Below are positions 15,041 to 20,909 of a stretch of 20,909 nt of DNA, piece after piece. A program made the position numbers and the translations under genes. The notes under the pieces were generated by a model. It worked only from the letters and a program-made list of their open reading frames with translations. It was not told the origin of the DNA and searched no databases. Origin of the DNA: an uncultured Candidatus Poseidoniales archaeon (GTDB taxonomy: Archaea > Thermoplasmatota > Poseidoniia > Poseidoniales > Thalassarchaeaceae); contig CAZXZO010000028.1 in assembly GCA_964645485.1 (NCBI GenBank), positions 1 to 20,909 of the forward strand, written 5' to 3'. Within the stretch, counting starts at the first letter, position 1, and each line of letters starts with the position of its first letter.

Positions 15041-18000
15041 ATGCGGGACTTCTCAAGACTTGCAGAAATTCTAATTCCTCGACGAAAATTGTTCCACATT
15101 TCAATTTTTGTTATTTCGATCTTGATGTTGCCCGGATTGATGTGGGCACTCACACCAATTGATGTGGAAGCATACAATCTCGATTCGCCTGAAATCGAGG
15201 CGCGTGAAGTCATTATGCAAGAATATCCCGGCAACGAAATAGTTGCCGGATATGCTATCATCATCAGAGACCAAGCGCTTGTTAACGACGTTCCTTCTGC
15301 TAGTTACTACAACGAAATTGCTGAATATTCCGGTGACGGAATGGGTGTTTCGCAACCAGAAGGTGGAATTCTAAACCTCACAGTTCTTAGAGAAATTGAT
15401 GCTAAAGCGCAGGCCGCTAGAGCGGACCCAATTTCTGAATTTTACCGCCCGATCATTTCGGATGTAACCCTCACACAGTTCCATGGTGTACTAACATTAA
15501 CCGACCAAGTTCGGACATTTATGGCTGGAGAATCTTTGCTCACACAACCTTCCATGAGCCCTTACGGTGAAGTACTGCCGCCCCGTACAAATTGGACTGA
15601 TTGTGGTGACCTTGATTGTCTTGCTTTTGATGATGAGGGGATTACCCAGGCCCACATTGATTTAGCATCCCAAAGGATGGTGAATGGAAGCGGTGGAATT
15701 TTCCTACGCTGGCTATCCCTTGACAGAGGATTTCATGCTGATTCAGATGGGACTGTAGGACCTGTGGGTGGTACATTAGCAGCAAATGGGATTTGGGAAA
15801 ATGCGTCATGGGAAAAAGGGCGCTGGTCTGCTAGTTCAACATGGTTACTGATTCAATTTGACCGCGGTGCTGCTGAAGATGCAGGGTGGACTTTTGAATG
15901 GGCAGAAGCGCGCGCCGAGAACGGATATGAATGGAATGGATTGAGAATGATAACTACGCCGCCGCAGCGTGACCAAGATTTCTGCAAAAATTCGGTAGAA
16001 TCAGGTGAAGGTCCATGCGCTTGGGAATGGGCAATCATTTCGCTCGAGCATTCCATGCGAGAGACAGATAATTTAGCCCTAACAATTGCCGTCGCTGAAG
16101 GTATTAATATTGAGGTAAACAAGGAGTTGAAAGAAAGCATTACACTCCTCGCTGCAATGGGATTAATCGTCATAGTATTGCTTTGGGGGAGCCTACGCCG
16201 GTGGTCCGATGTTGGCATTGTTTCGGCTGGATTAACCCTCAGTCTATTGTGGATGTTTGGATCAATTGGTTGGGTAGGTGAAGCGTCAAAAGCAATAGGT
16301 CACCCATTAATAGAAAGAAGTCAATTCTCAAATCTGCTTCCGATTTTGATTCTTGCTCTTGGTATAGATGATAGTTTACATGTTCTGCATAGATACAAAG
16401 AAGAAAGGAAGAATGGTTTTGACCCACTAAGTTCATCCTCCACCTCACTATCACGTGTTGGTAGAGCGATTCTACTGACATCAGTAACAACAATTGCCGC
16501 GTTCTCTGCCAATTTTGTATCTGATATTCCTGCTCTACGTTCCTTTGGACTTGAGGCTGCTTTAGGAGTTGGTTCGGCTTTCGTTCTTACTGGATTGTGG
16601 GCACCATTAGTTCGCCTTGACATTGACCTTTGGTTAGAAGAAAAAGGAAAATTACCTGATGAAGATAAAGACAAGATACATCTTATTCCAAGCCATTGGT
16701 TAGCAGGAGTGGCAAAAACTTCTGCTATTGCTGGACCATTGGTAATTCTAGCAGCGTTGTTCCTATCAGCCTACTCAGCCCCATTGATGTTCGGCCTTGA
16801 AGGTGATTTCAAGGTGGAGGATTTCTTAGATGAGGAGTCGGATTTTGCTGCAGTAGTGCATGTAGTCAACGAACGTTTCTATTCAGAAGGTGAACCCGCT
16901 GAAATTTTGATTGAAGGGGATGTGATAGACCCAAGAGTCTACCTAGCAATCATTGAAACAAGGGCTAACATGAATATTCATAGTGAATCCGATCCTGACA
17001 GATTCACTATATCTGCTGACGGGAATGTTGACATGAGCGCATATGATCGTTTTGTTGATCTTGCTATCCTTTCAATGGCTAACAATGTCACTCCTTTCGT
17101 CAATGCAGGATGGGATCCTACTGACTCAGAAGGTGGGGTTGGATGCAATCGTTCAAACTTTGGATTACCCCTAACTGATGATGAAGAATGTCTGAGATTC
17201 CTCGTTGGTTTCATTTCAGTTTATGGAATTCCTGAGACTAATTCAACACCAGCTATTCCACCCTCGATGTTGGCTCTCTATATCATCCCAGACAGACCAC
17301 TTGATCCAGCAAATCCAATGCTTGCTCTTGATGGAAGTACGCCGCGTTATGAGCGTATGCTCATGCGATTTGGAATACGACAACCCGAACAATTTCCAAT
17401 TGTAGAAAAGGCATTAGAAGAACTGTACCGCGATATGTCTGCCTTTGAAAATCTCTCTTCGACTGAACTCAAGGAAAAATCAAATCTCAATTCCGCTTTC
17501 TCTAACGAAGAATATCCTGTTTCATGGGTTATCGCTACCGGAGAACCAGTCGCACGCTATGTCGCCGCCTCATCACTACAGAACGAAATGCAATCAACTC
17601 TGGCCCTCGGTGTGTTCTTCTGCATCGCCACTCTATGGTGGGGTTTCAGGCCAACCAATGAAAAAATCAAAGAGCGCTTTTCTCACAACGTCGAAAGTGG
17701 TTCTGCTTGGGCTTTTCTATCACTAATTTATGCGCCGATGGCTGTGTCTCTAACCACTTGGGCAGTAACAGGAATTATCGCATCCCCTACCATTGCCATA
17801 GTATTCGCAGTAATCGCCTTCTATGGAACACTAGTATGGGGTGAAGGGCCACTTGGCCTTGCCCTCCTCACAACCGCACCTATCATTCTAGTTGTGATTT
17901 GGTTATACGGTTTGATTGCTACCCTTGGCTATGGATTAAACATGGTAACTGTGGCTATTGCTACTCTTTCTCTTGGAGTCGGAATCGACTATGTTATTCA

Positions 18001-18289
18001 TGTAATTGAGCGATTCCGTGAGGAACGTGAAAAGAGTAAATCCGTACTTGTTTGCATTGGCGCTGTTGGTAGCGCTTCGGGAATCGCCTTGGTGGGTTCA
18101 GCAGCATCTGACACCCTCGGATTCCTAGTGATTTCTTTCTCCCCCATGGGATTCTTCTCACTATTTGGGACATTTTCAGCAGCAATGATCTTCTTTTCAC
18201 TGATAGCATCACTGATTATTGCTAGTGGGATGCTTGGCATCACCTCATATCCTAGTGTCATCAGCGAAGCCCGTAAGAGCGGTGATTGA
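15041..18289 (+). CDS. MMPL/RND-superfamily (HAE3-like) membrane transporter
   Basis: Two repeats of a large extracytoplasmic loop plus a TM bundle, with the charge-relay motifs LALGIDDSLHVLHRY and LGVGIDYVIHVIERF. ATG 15041 chosen (track starts at TTG 15032). Confidence 0.92.
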   Translation: MRDFSRLAEILIPRRKLFHISIFVISILMLPGLMWALTPIDVEAYNLDSPEIEAREVIMQEYPGNEIVAGYAIIIRDQALVNDVPSASYYNEIAEYSGDGMGVSQPEGGILNLTVLREIDAKAQAARADPISEFYRPIISDVTLTQFHGVLTLTDQVRTFMAGESLLTQPSMSPYGEVLPPRTNWTDCGDLDCLAFDDEGITQAHIDLASQRMVNGSGGIFLRWLSLDRGFHADSDGTVGPVGGTLAANGIWENASWEKGRWSASSTWLLIQFDRGAAEDAGWTFEWAEARAENGYEWNGLRMITTPPQRDQDFCKNSVESGEGPCAWEWAIISLEHSMRETDNLALTIAVAEGINIEVNKELKESITLLAAMGLIVIVLLWGSLRRWSDVGIVSAGLTLSLLWMFGSIGWVGEASKAIGHPLIERSQFSNLLPILILALGIDDSLHVLHRYKEERKNGFDPLSSSSTSLSRVGRAILLTSVTTIAAFSANFVSDIPALRSFGLEAALGVGSAFVLTGLWAPLVRLDIDLWLEEKGKLPDEDKDKIHLIPSHWLAGVAKTSAIAGPLVILAALFLSAYSAPLMFGLEGDFKVEDFLDEESDFAAVVHVVNERFYSEGEPAEILIEGDVIDPRVYLAIIETRANMNIHSESDPDRFTISADGNVDMSAYDRFVDLAILSMANNVTPFVNAGWDPTDSEGGVGCNRSNFGLPLTDDEECLRFLVGFISVYGIPETNSTPAIPPSMLALYIIPDRPLDPANPMLALDGSTPRYERMLMRFGIRQPEQFPIVEKALEELYRDMSAFENLSSTELKEKSNLNSAFSNEEYPVSWVIATGEPVARYVAASSLQNEMQSTLALGVFFCIATLWWGFRPTNEKIKERFSHNVESGSAWAFLSLIYAPMAVSLTTWAVTGIIASPTIAIVFAVIAFYGTLVWGEGPLGLALLTTAPIILVVIWLYGLIATLGYGLNMVTVAIATLSLGVGIDYVIHVIERFREEREKSKSVLVCIGAVGSASGIALVGSAASDTLGFLVISFSPMGFFSLFGTFSAAMIFFSLIASLIIASGMLGITSYPSVISEARKSGD

Positions 18290-18290
18290 A

Positions 18291-18614
18291 ATGACTGATT
18301 TTCCTGAACTAAAAGAATTAGAAAGGCGAGATGTCGATATGATTCTGAGATATGCAGATAGTACGGAATATGTCATTGATTACATCACCTTGAGATTGCG
18401 GTGTCCTTGTGCAAACTGTGACCCACGCCGAGAAAATGACGCTAGGCAGAAAGAATTTGAGGATGAAGTTAGGCTACAAAGAAACGAGAAACCAGCAGTC
18501 GAAAAAGTTGGATATTTTGGATTAAGATTCAAATTTGATGGCCGTGGCTGCAACACCGGAATCTATGGTTTTGATTTGTTGCATTCCATTGCAAAATCAA
18601 CAAATTCTGATTAA
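18291..18614 (+). CDS. DUF971 / GBBH-like N-terminal domain protein
   Basis: LRLRCPCANC and VGYFGLRFKF...TGIYGFDLL match the DUF971 pattern. SD GGTGA overlaps the MMPL end, with ATG at 18291. Confidence 0.85.
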   Translation: MTDFPELKELERRDVDMILRYADSTEYVIDYITLRLRCPCANCDPRRENDARQKEFEDEVRLQRNEKPAVEKVGYFGLRFKFDGRGCNTGIYGFDLLHSIAKSTNSD

Positions 18615-18703
18615 ATATCCCATAGCATGGATTCTTGAAGTAGTAGCAAGTCGGAGGTTTGCAATTGAACGGTACCCCCGTTTAGTAGCATGAGGGAATT
18701 CTC

Positions 18704-20176
18704 GTGTCTGAAAGCAACGATGAAGAAGAAGATTGGAGTAATTATGCTTCGGCTGGTTACAGTAGTGCCTATGACCCATGGGCAGATTTAGTGCCCCAAG
18801 AAGAAACTGAGGATTTTGATGACGATTTTGAAATTGATGAGTTTACCTCTATTCGCCCACCACCTTCTGATGAAGGGTTAGACCATTTGGTTAGTATTGG
18901 TACTTGTGACTACTGTATAGTACGTTTATCGGGTCAACCTTTCTCATGGAATGATGCTCAAAATTTAGGCGCCACAATACGCAAATCTAGTAATGAAAGA
19001 GGCGCAACTAAAGGTGAAGATATCCAGTTCTGTCCATTTTGTGAAGACCTTTTTGTTGACATGGATGTTCTAGTTGAAGAAATAAAATCTGAGTTAAGTG
19101 GTGTCGAATTCAAGAAAATGCAAATTGGTGCTCATTTTGCCAAAAGCCATGTTGCGGAAGAAGATGATTTACGAACTCGAAATGGAGCAACTGGGAGCCA
19201 GGCGTTGAAATCTGCCTTCAACGATGCTCTTAGCCAGAAACTGAAACTGGAATTGAAAGATGTTGAACTAGTGAAAGAACAACCAGAAATTATGGTGTTG
19301 ATTGACACTCTTACTTTCAACATTACAGCTGAATTACGCTCTCTATATCTCTATGGAAGATATCGGAAACTTGAGCGTGGAATTCCCCAAACTCGTTGGC
19401 CTTGTCGAGCCTGTAAAGGAAGAGATGGTGGTTGTGAATCATGTGATGAAACGGGCTTACAATATCCAACAAGCGTTCAAGACCAAATTGGAGAGCCTTT
19501 ACGAGTCGCATTCCAAGCAAAAAACACAGCATTCCATGGAATGGGTAGAGAAGATATTGATGTGCGATGCCTAGGAAGAGGGAGGCCATTTGTAATCGAA
19601 TTAAAATCACCACTCCGTCGTTATGCAGATCTGAGTGAATTAACTGAGTTGGTTAATGCCACATCGGCTGGCTCTATTGAAATCAGTGAACTACGAACAT
19701 CCCGCCGCTCAGAAGTTGCAAGAATCAAGGGAACTGCTGCTGAAAAATCATACACTATTCGCTTCAAATATGGACCTGATCCACATGTCATCGTAGAAAC
19801 TGCAACTGATAATGAAAGTGAAGAGCAATCTGAAGAGATTGAAGAACAACCGAAAGTAGAACCCCCTACTGAGTTAACACCTGAATTCGTGAAAGAAATG
19901 ATTGCCTCACTAGAAGGTATTACTCTAGAACAGAGAACACCTCAAAGAGTGTCACACAGAAGGGCTGATAAAGTGCGAAAAAGACAAGTTGTGAGTATTT
20001 CAGAAATATTAGTTGAACCCAATGAAGCAGAGATGACTGTCCGTTGCGAAAGTGGAACTTATGTCAAAGAATTGGTCCACAGTGATGAAGGCAGAACAGT
20101 ACCCAGCGTAGCAGAAAAACTCGGGCTCGTTTGCGAAGTCATTTGGCTTGATGTAAACGATGTTCATGCTGATTAA
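18704..20176 (+). CDS. pus10: tRNA pseudouridine(54/55) synthase Pus10
   Basis: LYLYGRYRKLERGIPQTRWPC, FHGMGREDIDVRCLGRGRPFVIE (catalytic Asp), LEQRTPQRVSHRRAD and CESGTYVKELVHSDEGRTVPS; N-terminal CxxC...CxxC. GTG start with GAGG upstream. Confidence 0.96.
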   Translation: MSESNDEEEDWSNYASAGYSSAYDPWADLVPQEETEDFDDDFEIDEFTSIRPPPSDEGLDHLVSIGTCDYCIVRLSGQPFSWNDAQNLGATIRKSSNERGATKGEDIQFCPFCEDLFVDMDVLVEEIKSELSGVEFKKMQIGAHFAKSHVAEEDDLRTRNGATGSQALKSAFNDALSQKLKLELKDVELVKEQPEIMVLIDTLTFNITAELRSLYLYGRYRKLERGIPQTRWPCRACKGRDGGCESCDETGLQYPTSVQDQIGEPLRVAFQAKNTAFHGMGREDIDVRCLGRGRPFVIELKSPLRRYADLSELTELVNATSAGSIEISELRTSRRSEVARIKGTAAEKSYTIRFKYGPDPHVIVETATDNESEEQSEEIEEQPKVEPPTELTPEFVKEMIASLEGITLEQRTPQRVSHRRADKVRKRQVVSISEILVEPNEAEMTVRCESGTYVKELVHSDEGRTVPSVAEKLGLVCEVIWLDVNDVHAD

Positions 20177-20250
20177 TATCAAAAATTATTTTCAAATGAA
20201 ATGAGATGTTTTGCTGAAAGTTGATAGACATCTCGCGGTACGAAGATAAT

Positions 20251-20909
20251 ATGCAAGAACAATTAGAATTCAACCCGAGCTTTTCAATGCTGACTATCAG
20301 TCTTGATCCGGGTGAGGCAATAAAAGCAGAACCTGGAGCCATGGTGGCCCAATCAGGAGTACAAATGCAAACCGGGAGTAGTGGTGGCGGAGGCGTAGGT
20401 GGATTCTTCAAAGGAGTCATGAAAGCCGCAGTCGGTGGGGAGTCATTCTTTCTAAACACATTCACAGCAGACCCAAGTGGAGGTTGGGTCAGCCTTGCAC
20501 CCGGACTTCCTGGAGACATTGCGTGGTTTGATATACAACCAAATCAACCTTTATTCATACAAGGTGGTTCATTCCTTGCGTGCACAACAAATGTTGAAAC
20601 TGACACAAAATTCCAAGGAATGAAGGGTCTTTTTAGTGGTGAAAGCATGTTCTTTATTCATGCTACAACCCAGGCTGGAGCGGGGCGTGTGTACTACAAT
20701 TCGTATGGGGCCGTCAAAGCAATGCAAATCCAGCAAGGGCAATCAATCACTGTTGACACAGGTCACGTAGTTGCTTTCACAAACGGTGTTCAGTATAATA
20801 TCGGAAAAGTTGGTGGACTCAAATCACTAGCCTTTGGTGGTGAAGGTTTGGTCATGCACTTCTCAGGCGAAGGTACAGTTTGGATTCAGACTCGTAATCT
20901 CGGAAGCCT
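20251..20909 (+). CDS. TIGR00266 / AIM24 family protein (3' partial)
   Basis: Hand translation gives MQEQLEFNPSFSMLTISLDPGEAIKAEPGAMV...GGESFFLNTF...LAPGLPGDI...VDTGHVVAF...GGEGLVMHFSGEGTVWIQTRN. No stop before the window end. Confidence 0.93.
   Translation, partial: MQEQLEFNPSFSMLTISLDPGEAIKAEPGAMVAQSGVQMQTGSSGGGGVGGFFKGVMKAAVGGESFFLNTFTADPSGGWVSLAPGLPGDIAWFDIQPNQPLFIQGGSFLACTTNVETDTKFQGMKGLFSGESMFFIHATTQAGAGRVYYNSYGAVKAMQIQQGQSITVDTGHVVAFTNGVQYNIGKVGGLKSLAFGGEGLVMHFSGEGTVWIQTRNLGS

Noticed and set aside
14847-15104. 85-aa minus-strand ORF in the rpl21e/MMPL divergent region
   Set aside because: It overlaps the MMPL start and the putative promoter region, shows no motif or clear SD, and is likely spurious.
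20139-20519. 126-aa minus-strand ORF
   Set aside because: An antisense shadow of the AIM24/TIGR00266 gene, which the track missed because it lacks a stop in the window.

Overview
Archaeal chromosomal DNA of moderate GC content. Marine Group II Euryarchaeota (Ca. Poseidoniales) is my inference, based on rpl21e/rpo4/DUF655/ksgA/pus10, an archaeal-type PGK, a ~1080-aa MMPL protein and a DGDG-repeat surface protein. About 20 tightly packed genes, left to right: a large membrane-anchored beta-propeller/TSP3-repeat protein (runs off the left edge), a degenerate class I methyltransferase, an orphan SPPY-type DNA methyltransferase, pgk, an HD phosphohydrolase, an M24 peptidase, a protein that reads as three tandem histone folds, a DUF59-like protein, corA, a putative operon (HhH/Zn-ribbon protein, 2Fe-2S ferredoxin, and a 56-aa membrane ORF missed by the ORF track), the conserved rpl21e-rpo4-DUF655-ksgA cluster, an MMPL/RND transporter, DUF971, pus10 and a partial AIM24/TIGR00266 gene. 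I found no rRNA, tRNA, CRISPR array or mobile element. The best leads are the triple histone-fold protein and the HhH-Zn ribbon/ferredoxin/small membrane protein operon. All family calls come from motif recognition by eye, not from searches.
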